Positions 63,587-64,000 of a DNA stretch of 64,000 nt are shown here, piece by piece. Position 1 is the first letter of the stretch; every line of letters starts with the position of its first letter. A program made the position numbers and the translations under genes. The stretch covers positions 21,191,190 to 21,255,189 of the forward strand of contig NC_085846.1 of assembly GCF_035594765.1 (NCBI RefSeq), read 5' to 3'. The notes beneath the pieces were generated by a model. The model made no database searches and had not been told where the DNA came from. It saw only the letters and a program-made list of their open reading frames with translations. This DNA comes from Anolis carolinensis. Lineage: Eukaryota.

Positions 63587-63748
63587 CTTAATAAGTACAG
63601 TATGCCCATCTAGGATCCACATCATAGTTACTGGTGAGAGAACACCACCGTTTCGAATTATATATCCCAGCTGATGTACAGGAGGAGTAATTTTGGCCTT
63701 TGTAGATGAAAGGAAAGACACATGTCCCTATGGAATTGGCATCTATTC
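63587..63748 (-). CDS. FN2 exon (type c, 162 bp) ending in a stop codon; last coding exon of a third paralogue (gene C) extending beyond the window
   Basis: Not in the ORF track. ttccttccag|RIDANSIGTCVFPFIYKGQNYSSCTSAGIYNSKRWCSLTSNYDVDPRWAYCTY*+G|gtaaat. Confidence 0.88.
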
Positions 63749-64000
63749 CTGGAAGGAAAAGAATGGAAAAAACTCAGAGAAAACTAATACCAGTTGTAGA
63801 ATTCTGTGGTGGGTGGGTGATGACTGAATCATTGCTTCCCTCTCCATGAAGCTGCATCAAACCCACAAATAATCAAAACTGTGAATGCCAAACCTGTGAA
63901 TGTGAAGGGGCAACTGTACTCTGTATTCTACTCTTCTTGAGCAACCTCAACATCAGGCAGGAATGCTTGGCATCAGGAGTTACAATCCAAGAACATTATT

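Overview
Eukaryotic, AT-rich, TE-dense vertebrate DNA. The repeat complement (Sauria SINE, L1, L2, CR1, Penelope, hAT and Tc1/mariner MITEs, Helitron) points to a squamate reptile, probably an Anolis lizard (inference). Left half (1-27 kb): four minus-strand class II olfactory receptor genes, three intact and one cut by the window edge and lacking an in-exon ATG. Right half (32-64 kb): a minus-strand tandem cluster of secreted proteins built only from fibronectin type II (FN2) domains, BSP/ELSPBP1-like, reconstructed by hand from phase-1 exons. Gene A has a signal exon plus 6 FN2 exons in an a-b-c-a-b-c' pattern; gene B has a signal exon plus 2 FN2 exons; the last coding exon of a third paralogue lies at 63.6 kb. 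Notable repeats: a 5'-truncated L1 with an 18-bp TSD, three Helitrons (two 2-kb copies carrying SINE/MITE cargo), a GC-rich hAT element that is a palindrome of palindromes, a hAT element with a 151-bp tandem array, a Helitron-in-hAT-in-L2 nest, and two Penelope-type minimal hammerhead ribozyme motifs. All calls were made by eye without database searches.
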